Below, piece by piece: positions 37,361 to 49,077 of a DNA stretch of 55,273 nucleotides (the stretch's first letter is position 1; each line of letters opens with the position of its first letter). Below the pieces are notes generated by a model, which was not told where the DNA came from, searched no databases, and worked only from the letters and a program-made list of their open reading frames with translations. Both the position numbers and the translations under genes were made by a program. The stretch comes from Octopus bimaculoides (lineage: Eukaryota). The stretch is taken from positions 12,924,387 through 12,979,659 of the forward strand of contig NC_068986.1 in the NCBI RefSeq assembly GCF_001194135.2. Reading direction: 5' to 3'.

Positions 37361-37474
37361 GCTTACAGCACTTACGTTTCCCAAACAATTACTCATCTGA
37401 GAACTAGGCTTGGTGTAGCTTAACTTCAGTGGTTGGACAAGAACCAGTGCATTCAATGTGATATGGCCACGTTA
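37361..37474 (-). pseudogene. Degenerate 5S rRNA copy
   Basis: Minus strand reads ggccatatcacattgaatgcactggttcttgtccaaccactgaagttaagctacaccaagcctagttctcagatgagtaattgtttgggaaacgtaagtgctgtaagc. This is collinear with the metazoan 5S consensus over about 115 nt, with many C>T/G>A changes, a small internal deletion and a T-run just downstream. Confidence 0.85.
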
Positions 37475-37584
37475 TACTTAATGCAAATACATATAACACA
37501 GCTTCTATGAGACTGTAACCGTGACCTACGCCAGTGCAGCATAACCAGCTCATTTAAGAGTACCCTTCAATAATTGGCCAATGA

Positions 37585-37925
37585 ACTGCGTTTGTGAAGA
37601 CCTGTTGAGGCAAGCGAAGTTGTTGTCATGGCTGATGCCAGTGCCGCCTTACTGGTCCTGTGTCAGTGGCACATAAAAAGCACCATTCAAGCATGATCGA
37701 TGTTAGTACCGCCTGACTGGCCCTCGTGCCGGTGGCATGTAAAAAGCACCCACTACACTCTCGGAGTGGTTGGCGTTAGGAAGGGCATCCAGCTGTAGAA
37801 ACATTGCTAGATTGGACTGGAGCCTGGTGCTGCCTTTTGGCTTGCCAGCACTCAGTCAAACCGTCCAACCCATTGCCAGCATGGAAAGCTGACATTAAAT
37901 GACAACGATGATGATGATGATGTCA
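37585..37925 (+). mobile_element. Family B retroposon with two internal ~65-bp units
   Basis: Repeated unit gt(g/a)ccgcc...gtgccagtggcac(a/g)taaaaagcacc, then the family B tail. Confidence 0.75.
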
Positions 37926-37976
37926 TGCATAACAAATTATTTGCAGTATTTATCAAAGAAATGCCAACACACTTAC

Positions 37977-38194
37977 CCTATGGGAATATTTTCCGACTTG
38001 GGTCTCTCCAGCATCAATGATTTTTTGCCATAATTCTTCCGGTACATTGTTAACGTGGTATGAACAGGTAATAGCCGAGGAGTGTAAACTGTTTAAATAG
38101 GGGAGTTTGAAAGCAGGCCAGTTGGGTGAGTCCAAATCAATGACAACAATTTCTTCTTGAACCAAGACAACCAAAGCATGAGGTTCATCGTATT
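37977..38194 (-). CDS. lgl: Lgl exon 8 (LLGL domain): YDEPHALVVLVQEEIVVIDL...PYLNSLHSSAITCS...KYSHR
   Basis: Acceptor tttttag, donor AGG|gtaagt, 218 nt. Confidence 0.95.
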
Positions 38195-38283
38195 CTAAAA
38201 AAGAGAAACATTTCAAAGTACTATCAGAAATCTTAGACTTTGTACGAAAGCAATTCTTAGTGCAATTTTATAAGGAAATTTAA

Positions 38284-38502
38284 CCCTTTCGTTACTGTAT
38301 TTCTGTTGAGATGTTCTGTGTTTCTTTCAATTACTTTAAATATAACAAAGAATTTAGTAAAATAACTTAGTTATCATTCAGCTAGTGTTAGGAACGTAAA
38401 TTGTGACAAAGGTTTGGTGGAAGATTTTAATTCAAAACTTATGAAAACAAGACATTTGTACTCAGAGCCAGAGCCGGTTTCAGCCGGTTAGTAACGAAAG
38501 GG
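38284..38502. mobile_element. piggyBac-type MITE family 1 (inverse orientation)
   Basis: Perfect 13-bp TIR ccctttcgttact with TTAA flanks. Confidence 0.88.
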
Positions 38503-39204
38503 TTAATTAAATATGATTGAGAAGTTTGACGAAATATATACCTCTAAACAAAAAAGAAAAAAAAAATTATTTTTTTCAACAACAATAAGATTAATCAAGG
38601 TTTAAGACAAGAAAAATCTTTTCTGTGGCTCTGCGGTAAGAAGCTTGCTTTCCAATCACATGGTTCCTGGTTCAGACCCACTGCGTGGCACCTTGGGCAA
38701 GTGTCTTCTAATATAACTTCAGGCCAACCAAAGCCTTGTGAGCGGATTTGGTAGATAGAAACTGAAAGAAGCACTCCATACCATTCCATAGTGAAGGTCC
38801 ATGGCTTAATGGTTAGGGAATTCGGCTCATGACTGTAAAGTCAGGTGTTCAATTCCCAGTGGTGCATTGTCTCCTTGAGCAAGACACACTATTTCACATT
38901 GCTCCAGTCCACACAGCTGGCAAAAATGAGCTGTACTTGTAATTCAAAGGGGGCCAGCCTTGTCACATTCCGTGTCATGCTGAATCTCCCTGAGAACTAC
39001 AATAAGGGTACACGTGTCTGTGGAGTGCTCAACCACTTGCATCATTAATTCCATGAAAAGGATATTCCATGGACCAAATCAAAAGGAACACTTATCGTCA
39101 AAACCAACAGAGTGCCAGACTATTCCATAAATTTTGTCCATAATTCTACAAAATGAATGTAAAAATCTTGGAAGACAATGACACCATGCCATATAGGTAT
39201 ATAT

Positions 39205-39605
39205 CATCATCATCATTTTAACATCCATGTTTCCATGCACGCATGGGTCAGTCGAACTTTGCTGAGCAGATTCTACAGCTGGATGCCCCTCCTGTTGCCA
39301 ACCCTCACCTGTTTCCCAATAAGGTGATATTTCCCCATGGCCAGACATATTTTCAACAAAGACTGGAAATGAAGGACACTGCCTGTATGACAGTGACACT
39401 CTTTTACAACTAATACACAATGTCAAGACAAGGGGACAAAAAACACACACACCCATGCACACACTTATACATATACTTCCAAAGTTTTGGTTGGTCTAAG
39501 GCTCTCGCAAAAGACACTTGCCCAGGGTGCCACACAGTAGGACTGAACCTGAAACCATGTGGTTGGGAAGTAAAATTCTTAACTATATAGCCATGTCCTG
39601 CATAT
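39205..39605 (-). mobile_element. SINE family A head + tail 2
   Basis: Collinear with 8817-9212. Confidence 0.8.
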
Positions 39606-39627
39606 AAGCACAATAATTAAACAGTGA

Positions 39628-39953
39628 GTTCCTTCTGAGCATTAGGCCCCATGGAGGCAATGACCAAGACCTTTGGCATTATGTTGTACTTGAATAGAAG
39701 ACCCATTAAGCCAAACAAAATCGCAGTCATGACAGATACTGGTGTCACGCAGATGGCGCCCATGCCAGTGGCACGTAAAAGCACCCATTACACTCTCAGA
39801 GTGGTCGGCATTAGGAAGGGCATATGGCCGTAGAAAACCATACTGAGTCAGACTGGAGTCTAGTGCAGCCTTCCAGCTTACCAGCCCCGGTCAAACCATC
39901 CAACCCATACCAGCATGGACAATGGACATTAAATGATGATGATGATGATGACG
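39628..39953 (+). mobile_element. Family B retroposon abutting the exon 7 donor
   Basis: Collinear with 23480-23740. Confidence 0.75.
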
Positions 39954-39968
39954 ACCAAAAATATTTAC

Positions 39969-40141
39969 CTTGTCTACCGTCCTCTTTGTTTTCTTCGTCA
40001 GCTGTGGAAATGGTGATAAAATCGATGACTTTCGAAGTGAAATCAAAAACAACATGGTTCTCTTCCTGCATTACGGTGACTGTGTGCTTATCTCCATAGC
40101 TAGCACGTGGCATGCCACCCGAAAATATGTAAAACGGACCA
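39969..40141 (-). CDS. lgl: Lgl exon 7: GPFYIFSGGMPRASYGDKHTVTVMQ...DFTSKVIDF...EDGRQ
   Basis: Acceptor ccttgtacag, donor G|gtaaat, 173 nt. Confidence 0.95.
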
Positions 40142-40259
40142 CTGTACAAGGAACGAGAGAAAAAAAAGATATAGAAAAGAATAATGTTTATGCTTGCTTT
40201 TAATCAAAAATAGGTGTAACATTAGTTTTTACCAAGCTCAGGTCAACTATTTTTTATCT

Positions 40260-40710
40260 GTTACTTGTTTCAGTTGTTTAACTGCGGCCATGCTGGGGCA
40301 CCATTTTGAAGGGTTTTAGTTGAACAACTCAACCCCAGGACTTACTTTTTTTTAAGCCTAGTACTTATTCTGTCAGTTTCTTTCTGCCAAACCACTAAGT
40401 TATGGGGACACATACAGACACACACATAGACACAGACACAAAGACACATACATAGACACATACACACAGACACATGTATGCAGACACATACACACAGACA
40501 AATACATGCACAGACACACACGCAGACACGCACACAGACATACACATACACGCAGGCACACACATACATATATATACAACAGGCTTCTTACAGTTTCTGT
40601 CTGCCAAATCCACTGCCAAGGTTTTGGTCAGCACAGGACAATAGTAGAAGACACTTGCCCAAGGTGCCACACAGTGTGACTGAACCTGGAACCAAGTGAT
40701 TGGGAAGTCA
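40260..40710 (-). mobile_element. SINE family A, tail 1, with expanded (AC/AG) linker
   Basis: Head and tail separated by about 170 bp of compound CA-rich microsatellite. Confidence 0.75.
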
Positions 40711-40931
40711 CACTGGTCAATTTTCCACTTAAATTCTAGTCTTATGGTGAATCATGTGAGGCCATGTCTATTTCTAAACACACACTTTGCATTCATTCCC
40801 CTCGACCAATCACTGGCGGCTTTATCATTACGAGCTGCTTGTCATATAGAAGAAAAATATATAACAAGACCTCAGTGCTAAACCTGAGAGCACAACGGCA
40901 AGAAACTACTGGACTGAAATCAGTTAATGGA

Positions 40932-41010
40932 TCATGATGATGATGATGATGATGATGATGAAGATGACGATGATCATGATGATGACGAAGATGACGATGA
41001 TGATGACGAT
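40932..41010. repeat. (GAT/GAC)n trinucleotide microsatellite
   Basis: Direct reading. Confidence 0.95.
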
Positions 41011-41073
41011 GAATGTAAACGAAACTCATGCATCTACTGACTGATTTTTATCTATACTATATATGGTTATGTA

Positions 41074-41372
41074 CAGTGGCGGACTGGCCAAGTCGCCAGC
41101 TTGCCTAATGACAAGTGGGCCCCAGTGCCACTAGAATCCATATATGGGGGCCCATGTTAGTATCTAAGAGGCCCATCCCCTCAAGTTTGAGAATTTTACA
41201 TTCTCTCCTGGAAGAATGCATTAATTATTTCAGCTTGGCTGTGTTTGTAGTCAGTTGAAAAGAATACTTTTAACAAAAAAAAAAAAAAAAATGATAGCAT
41301 TGTAGTTGCAGACGGGCCCCCCCCGCCCTTAGTCTCCTGGCAACCAATATTTTTAGACCCAGTCTGCCACTG
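41074..41372. mobile_element. hAT-type non-autonomous element
   Basis: TIR cagtggcggactgg / ccagtctgccactg (13/14 match) and exact 8-bp TSD gttatgta (41066-41073, 41373-41380). Confidence 0.88.
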
Positions 41373-41649
41373 GTTATGTATGTAGATTTATGTTTTGTAT
41401 GTATACATTTATACACACACACACACACATGTAACCACATGTGGTCTGTTGGCGATTTTTCCTTATTTGTCTTTCTTTCTCTTTTGACTTTAATGTTTCC
41501 GACGAAGAGCTATGCTCAAAATCTAAACAACAACTCTCTCCCTTTACCAAGTATCAAATTAATATATTTCTTGTGCATGTCTTCACGTTTGTTTATTCCT
41601 TTTTTTTTTGTTTTTTGTTTGCTTATTTGAATTGATTACATAAAGATAA

Positions 41650-41970
41650 ATCATCATCATCATTTTAAATCCAGGTTTTGTCCTCGTTAACTGGGGTGGC
41701 TAGATCTACCTTAATGCCATAGCAACTACCCTCACACCATCTCGCCAGGCTTTGGACATTCTCCCTTCTCAAGCCAACCCTCCCAATCTCCTCCTCCACC
41801 TGTCCCCTCCATGTTTTCCTCAAACTCTAGCACCCTCTTCAGTACATGCCCCTCATCCCTCCTCAACACATGCCCACACCACCGCACTCCATTCGCTCTT
41901 GCCAGCCGTTCCACTGATTCCTCCAACCCCAGCATCCCCATCAAGTCCTCAGTCCTCCTCTTATCAAACA
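41650..41970 (-). mobile_element. RTE-like LINE 3' end with (GAT)n tail
   Basis: DKRRTEDLMGMLGLEESVERLARANGVRWCGHVLRRDEGHVLKRVLEFE, followed by a short 3' UTR ending ttaaaatgatgatgatg. Confidence 0.8.
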
Positions 41971-42735
41971 TACATATATATATACACAACAAGCTACTAT
42001 CAATTTCCATCTACCAAATCCATTTGCAAGGCTTTGGCCAGTCCTAGGCTACAGTAGAAGACACTTGAGACACTTGTCCAAGGTGCAACGCAGTGGGAAT
42101 GAACCCAGAACCATGTGGTTGGAAAGCAAGCTTCTTACCACACAGCCACGCCTGCACTCGCAATGATGTAAGGTTTGACATCAAGAGCAAATCAGGTTGG
42201 TGGAGGCCATCTTTCTCTCTAAACTAACAGTGGAAAAGAATATGACTCCTTCACAAGACCAACTAAAAAAAAAAAAAAACCCTCTCATTACTGTTGCTGA
42301 TGTATTTAGATGAAATTGCCATTGAGAGTTTGGCATATTTGTGAGGAACCCATGAGAACAGAACCAAAACATGGATTACAACATCAGCCTTTCACCAAAC
42401 ATGTCAGCACCCTGTCAACTCTGGGTAAGTTGTAGCACTTTATCACAACCAGCTGACAGCTGTACACACTCTTCACCTCGGACTATTTTACACTCCTTCT
42501 CAAAGTTACCGACTAACGGGTTATATACACTACTATCCTAACAATTGCATAACACAAAGAACTGTATACACACTGCTGCATTGATTAGCTTTTTTTGTTT
42601 AGAAACAAATGAAATTAAAACAAAATCTGTTTCTCATTTTGATACATGCATACGCATGTATGTACATTTGTCATACATATGTATGTATGCATACACACAT
42701 CTACATATGCGACCAAACTGTTTCTCATTGATACA

Positions 42736-42789
<54 letters not shown>

Positions 42790-42930
42790 TGTATGTATAC
42801 ATACACAAGCACATGTATTATAAAACACAAATATATACATTCATTAACACACATTTACCAAACACAAATATATACAAATATAAATACACACACTCGCTCA
42901 AATCTAGATAGAAGAAAACAATTCACTTAC

Positions 42931-42982
42931 GATTTAGAGGATTTCCACTGAATTTTACTGATGGCTTTACAAGGAAATGGCC
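42931..42982 (-). CDS. lgl: Lgl exon 6: (G)PFPCKAISKIQWKSSK
   Basis: Acceptor ctttctttcag, donor TC|gtaagt, 52 nt; conserved GPFPCKAI motif. Not in the ORF track. Confidence 0.93.
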
Positions 42983-43691
42983 CTGAAAGAAAGAGGAAAA
43001 AAATTAAAATCATCATTTTTATATCAGTTCTCTATGTCAGCATGGGTTAGATGGATCATCACAGCCTTGAGCTAGCTGTTATTGGCAAGCGCTGATCCCG
43101 AAGACTGGTGTCTGTAAATGTCATTATCTGACTCGATTTCTACGAATAAATGGCACTCTTTTCACCACTGCATGCACTTTCTTGTGGTACCAACACGGGA
43201 GATGTTGAAGAGTTCCAAGTGAGTCAGGACTATAGGGATCCTGGAGCCCTACAATTTTTCTACTCAAATTATAATTACAGGTGGTACAGGTGTTACTGGA
43301 GGACCCTTCCTGTTGCACCAACCTTCACCCGTTTCCAAGCAACGTAATATTTGCTGATAGCTTGACACATTTTTCATGGAAGGCTGGAAATGAACAATGC
43401 CGCTTGTATGATGGTGATGCTCATTTACAATCATCACACAATGTCAAGACAAGGGTACACATATACATACACACACACATGTACATACACATGACAGGCT
43501 TCTTTCAGTTTCCATTTACAAACTCCACTTATAAGGTTTTGGTTGACCAGGGGCTATAGTAAAAAAACACCTGCTCAAGGTGCCACACCGTCGGACTGAA
43601 CCCCCAACCACATGGTTACGGAGCAAGCTTCTTAACTCCCACAACCAGGTCTGCACCGATTCAAAAAGACTAAATATAATATGAGACTTAC

Positions 43692-43902
43692 CATAAGGTG
43701 TTGTCGAAGACTCTTTCGGAGACGAAGATTCCTCAGTGCTCCATTTTAGATAGCTGCCATCTGCATGCGCAGTAATGAAATCTGTACCATTACGATGCCA
43801 GTCCAAACTCTCCAGCTGTTGGCTTGCATTGTAAGTACGGTCAGCATTGTTAGTTTTGTTGTCCCACAGAACTATGTAGCCACGATTGAATCCAATAAGA
43901 AA
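43692..43902 (-). CDS. lgl: Lgl exon 5: FLIGFNRGYIVLWD...QQLESLDWHRNGTDFITAHADGSYLKW...STTPY
   Basis: Acceptor ctttatag, donor G|gtaagt, 211 nt. Confidence 0.95.
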
Positions 43903-43946
43903 CTATAAAGAGAAGTAAAAAAAGAAAATGATTCCCAATCAATTAA

Positions 43947-44150
43947 CCTCTTAGCTTTCAGATTACTCTATATATTGTAATGATTATTCACAATGCTTTG
44001 AATTAATCATGCATTATCTCATAGTTTAGAGATTTCGATGATACAGTTGTTTACTTTTAGAATGTCAGTGTAAGTGCGAGAGCCTGGATTTGGTCAGTTT
44101 GGACGTAAAGCAAGTAGAATATTTGGGTCTGATTTGGTCAATTTAAAGGG
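43947..44150. mobile_element. piggyBac-type MITE family 3
   Basis: TTAA flanks; reverse complement similar to 20152-20384. Confidence 0.7.
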
Positions 44151-44732
44151 TTAAAGGAAAACTTTAATTAATAACATTTATGGTCTTGTTAGTTAGTGGA
44201 GTTATGCCAAAACCTCAGCAGGATTTGAACTCAAAATATAAAGAGATACAAGAAATGCCGCTAAGTATTTTGTCATCGGCACTAACCATTTTGCCAGCTT
44301 AAATAATAATTATTTTTGATTTAGGTACAAAGCTAGTAATTCTGAGGAATGGGATTTGTTGAGAGAGAAGGGTGTTGGGATAAACAAGCACCTTATCAGG
44401 TAGAGCGATGAGGGTTCAGTCGATCCAATCAACAGAAAAGTTGGCTCATAACATTAACATGCAAGTGGCTGAGCATTCCACAGACACATGTACCCATAAC
44501 ATAGTTATCAGGAAGATTCCTGTGTGATACAGAATGTGACGAGGCTGGCCCTTTGAATTACAGGTACTACTCATTTCTGCCAGCTGAGTGGACTGGAGCA
44601 ATGTAAAATAAAGTGTCTTGCTCAAGGATACAACGCACTACTGGGAATCGATCTCACGCCATTATGATTAGGAACTAAATACCCAAACCACTAAGCCACA
44701 TCTGGTGGGATAAACAATAACTCAAATGGCAC

Positions 44733-44802
44733 CTTGTCAGGATTGGTAGGATGAACAGCGATAGCCTCAACAGCACCTGGGTTTGACGAGACTTCAGGCA
44801 TA
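44733..44802 (-). CDS. lgl: Lgl exon 4: MPEVSSNPGAVEAIAVHPTNPDK
   Basis: Acceptor ttccattacag, 70 nt; donor AAG|gtgcca is weak but phase-compatible with exon 5. Confidence 0.88.
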
Positions 44803-44857
44803 CTGTAATGGAAAAGATGTAAGGTATAAGTCGACATTAGTAAGCAAACACATAATA

Positions 44858-45074
44858 CAAGGGGATGTTGAAAAGTTCTTGGCATCAAGGGTATCGTGAA
44901 AGGACTGGTTGTAGGGTCAACCATCTGAGTTATTTTACAGGGCTTAGAAAAACTGAAGGATCACTGCAATAAGTGTGTGAATCTGAGAGGGGAATATGTT
45001 GAATAAAATCATAATTAACTGATCCTCATTTATTTTCTTTTACTCAAAGCCAGGAACATTTCAGTACCTCCTTA
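44858..45074 (+). mobile_element. mariner-derived MITE (second copy)
   Basis: TA flanks and similar TIRs; interior translates LQGLEKLKDHCNKCVNLRGEYVE*, like the mariner transposase C-terminus. Confidence 0.78.
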
Positions 45075-45183
45075 TATTATTTATGTTAAAGTGTTAACGA
45101 TATATTTCTGTGGTGCAAACCAGTCGTTCCCAAAGTGGGTGGTGGAAAGATTCAGGGAGGTGTTGAAGAAAGATGCGGCGATA

Positions 45184-45984
45184 NNNNNNNNNNNNNNNNN
45201 NNNNNNNNNNNNNNNNNNNNNNNNNNNNNNNNNNNNNNNNNNNNNNNNNNNNNNNNNNNNNNNNNNNNNNNNNNNNNNNNNNNNNNNNNNNNNNNNNNNN
45301 NNNNNNNNNNNNNNNNNNNNNNNNNNNNNNNNNNNNNNNNNNNNNNNNNNNNNNNNNNNNNNNNNNNNNNNNNNNNNNNNNNNNNNNNNNNNNNNNNNNN
45401 NNNNNNNNNNNNNNNNNNNNNNNNNNNNNNNNNNNNNNNNNNNNNNNNNNNNNNNNNNNNNNNNNNNNNNNNNNNNNNNNNNNNNNNNNNNNNNNNNNNN
45501 NNNNNNNNNNNNNNNNNNNNNNNNNNNNNNNNNNNNNNNNNNNNNNNNNNNNNNNNNNNNNNNNNNNNNNNNNNNNNNNNNNNNNNNNNNNNNNNNNNNN
45601 NNNNNNNNNNNNNNNNNNNNNNNNNNNNNNNNNNNNNNNNNNNNNNNNNNNNNNNNNNNNNNNNNNNNNNNNNNNNNNNNNNNNNNNNNNNNNNNNNNNN
45701 NNNNNNNNNNNNNNNNNNNNNNNNNNNNNNNNNNNNNNNNNNNNNNNNNNNNNNNNNNNNNNNNNNNNNNNNNNNNNNNNNNNNNNNNNNNNNNNNNNNN
45801 NNNNNNNNNNNNNNNNNNNNNNNNNNNNNNNNNNNNNNNNNNNNNNNNNNNNNNNNNNNNNNNNNNNNNNNNNNNNNNNNNNNNNNNNNNNNNNNNNNNN
45901 NNNNNNNNNNNNNNNNNNNNNNNNNNNNNNNNNNNNNNNNNNNNNNNNNNNNNNNNNNNNNNNNNNNNNNNNNNNNNNNNNNNN
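45184..45984. other. Assembly gap (N run)
   Basis: Run of N; the overlapping ORFs are artefacts. Confidence 1.
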
Positions 45985-46337
45985 AATTGCTAATCCCTTA
46001 TATTTATGATGATAAATGGTCTTACCGTTAAAGTTTTATTTCATACTGAACTACTTGGCAAAATTGTTAATTGTTAATTCTATTATTAATTGACGATTCC
46101 CTGCCCTCATTTCTTGTATATATATATATATATATATACATATACACGATGGGCTTCTTTCAGTTTCTGTTTACCAAATCCACTCACAAGGTTTTGGTCA
46201 GCCCAAGGCTATAGTAGACGACACTTGCCCAGTGTCACACAGTGGGACTGAACCCAGAACCATGTGGTTGGTAAGCAAGCTAGTTACCACACAGCCACTC
46301 CTGTGCCTATAAATATATATATGTAATTACGTACTAA

Positions 46338-46392
<55 letters not shown>

Positions 46393-46402
46393 NNNNNNNN
46401 NN
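46393..46402. other. Assembly gap (10 N) inside a (TG)n tract
   Basis: Run of N. Confidence 1.
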
Positions 46403-47509
46403 TGTGTGTGTGTGTGTAAAACTGATGAATACAGCATTTAAAATGCTGTATTGATAGATATTTAATACTTGGTTGCTTCTAATCAAACTGCAGAATATCC
46501 ATGGGATTGATCAGCAAATCCCAATACTTCTACAAATGTAACAGCTACAATTGATTTAAAGCCCTCACTTCAACTGCAGTTTGATAACGCAACTAATTGG
46601 TGGAATTGATTTACCACGCACACAATGTCAGCATGATCGTAGTTTGAGAGGTCAAGGACATGTTCTATCAATTATGCAAAATATACACCCACAGAAGTGG
46701 ATAGAAGGCAGCACTGTTTTCATTCATTTATCATTATTTTAACATCCCCTTTTTCATGTTTGCATGAGTCAGATGGATATCAATGGGGCAGTTTTTCTAT
46801 GGTCAAATGCCCTTCTTATTGCCAGCCCTCACTTATTTTCATGTAAGGAATTAGTTTCCACATGGCCAGACATGTTCCGCAGAAGATTGGAAATGAATGG
46901 CCCTGCTTGTATGACATTGGCACTCATTTACAATTATCACACAATATCGAGACAAAGATAGACAGGGCTTCTTTCAGTTTCAGTTTACGAAATCTACTCA
47001 CTCATAAGGCTTAAGATTTTGGCCAGCCTTGAGCCATGGTGCCAAACAGTGGGGCTGAACCTGAAACCATGTAGTTGCAAAGTAGAATTCTTAGGCACAC
47101 AACCATGCTTTGAATATATAAATTAGAAGGTTCTAATTGAACCATCATCATCATCATCATTATTTAACATCTGCTTTCCATGCTGGCATGGGTTGGACGT
47201 TTTGACTAGGGTCTGGGAAGCCAGGAGGCTGCACCAGGCTCCAATCTCATCTGGCAGTGTTTCTACAGCTGGATGCCCTTCCTAATACCAACCACTCGGA
47301 GAGTCTAGTCGGTGCTTTTTACGTGCCACCAGCACAGGGGCCAGAGGGGGCTGGCATCAACCACGATCGGTTGGGGCATTTTGAAAAATGTTTAACTTGA
47401 AGAAATCAACATTTGTTCATAGCTATATTTTGATCAAGTTGAAAAAAAAAAACAAACAAAAAAAAAAAACAAAATGGTTCCAAATGAAGAATTTGATTTC
47501 TACATTTAC

Positions 47510-47703
47510 CTTTGCATGACGACATCTTGGCTGATGATTTGTTCCANNNNNNNNNNNNNNNNNNNNNNNNNNNNNNNNNNNNNNNNNNNNNNNNNNNNNN
47601 NNNNNNNNNNNNNNNNNNNNNNNNNNNNNNNNNNNNNNNNNNNNNNNNNNNNNNNNNNNNNNNNNNNNNNNNNNNNNNNNNNNNNNNNNNNNNNNNNNGT
47701 TTA
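47510..47703 (-). CDS. lgl: Lgl exon 3, interrupted by an N gap: ...EQIISQDVVMQ(S)
   Basis: 37 nt next to the gap read EQIISQDVVMQ then AG|gtaaat, phase-compatible with exon 4. The start at 47703 (aaaacag|TAAAC) is tentative. Confidence 0.75.
47547..47698. other. Assembly gap inside Lgl exon 3
   Basis: Run of N directly adjoining coding sequence. Confidence 1.
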
Positions 47704-48377
47704 CTGTTTTAGATTCAGAAACACAATCAGATTTAAGCAGGCATTCCATTTGCCCCATTGATATTGTCAACAAATACCTCACATCAAACTAATCCAAACC
47801 TTCTGTAAATTTAACACAGATAAGGACAATGATTGGCCCTTTTTATTGATCTGTTTTATTTTATATCTTTGAGTTGGGTTTTTTTTTTGGTTGTGGTGGG
47901 AGGGGGGTCATCTGTTCAGTTGTTTTCATCATCATCATTTAATGTCTGTTTTCTGTGCAGGAATGGATTAGAAGTTTAACCGAAGCCAGCAGACCCGGGG
48001 GCTACATCAAGCTCGTGTCCGCTTTTACATGATTTCTATGGCCGGATGCCCTTCCTTCATTTAGAGAAGATGACAGTTTGGTCACAAATATGAAATAAAT
48101 AAATTATTTCCTTCCAATGAGGAATTAGGGGCTTAACTCCTATATCACCCTACCTGAGAAAACCTATGATCTTTCTCTTTCTCTGTGCATACACACACAA
48201 CAGGCTTTTTACAGTTTCTGTCTGTCAAATCCACGAATCCACTCACAAGGCTTTGGTTGGCACAGGACTACAGCAGAAGATACTTGCCTGAGGTGACATG
48301 CAGAGGGACTGAACCCTGAACCACATGGTTGGGAAACAAATTTCTTACCACACAACCAGGCCTATATACATCTGTAT

Positions 48378-48740
48378 TTTCTTTTACTTGCTTCAGTCAT
48401 TTGACTGTGGCCATGCTGGAACCCAACCTTTAGTCAAACAAATCGACCCCAGGACTTATTCTTTGTAAGCCTAATACTTATTTTACCGGTCTCTTTTGCC
48501 AACCTGCTAAGTTACAGGGGACATAAACACACCAACACCGGTTGTCAAGCAATGGTGAGGGGACAAACACACACACATGACAGATTTCTTTCAGTTTCCG
48601 TCTACCAAATCCACTTACAAGGCCTTGGTCGGCCCGAGGCTATAGTAGAAGACACTTGCCTAAGGTGCCATGCAGTGGGATTGCAACCAGAACCATGTGG
48701 TTGGGAAGCAAGCTACTTACCAAACAGCCATGCCTGTGCC
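48378..48740 (-). mobile_element. SINE family A, tail 1
   Basis: Collinear with 5201-5580. Confidence 0.85.
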
Positions 48741-48964
48741 TATACACACAGTACAATTTTACATGTGACTTGAATTTACATAAGGGAGAGGGGGTGTTAA
48801 TACAAAATCAATATTACTAATGAGCAGAACAAAGTCTGAATTATTTTAATGCATCTATGAGCAACTTATTTATAATCACCATCAAAAATCCATTTTGTGA
48901 ACTACACTTCCCCTTCAGAAATCTCTGGACACCAACCTTAGAAGAAAAACAAAAACAAACTCAC

Positions 48965-49077
48965 TTGCATTCCATGGAAATTTCTTTAACCTCTTCCAAC
49001 ACAGCATTTCCTTCCTTCTTTTCATTAATCTCCCAAAGGTGTAGGGAGTTGTCACTACAAAGGGTGATGAGACGACC
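48965..49077 (-). CDS. lgl: Lgl exon 2: GRLITLCSDNSLHLWEINEKKEGNAVLEEVKEISMEC
   Basis: Acceptor ttttttcag, donor AA|gtgagt, 113 nt; WD-type DNSLHLW motif. Confidence 0.92.

Noticed and set aside
45091-46031. Long ORFs of 278-333 aa here and at 51595-52625
   Set aside because: They consist of N runs (assembly gaps).
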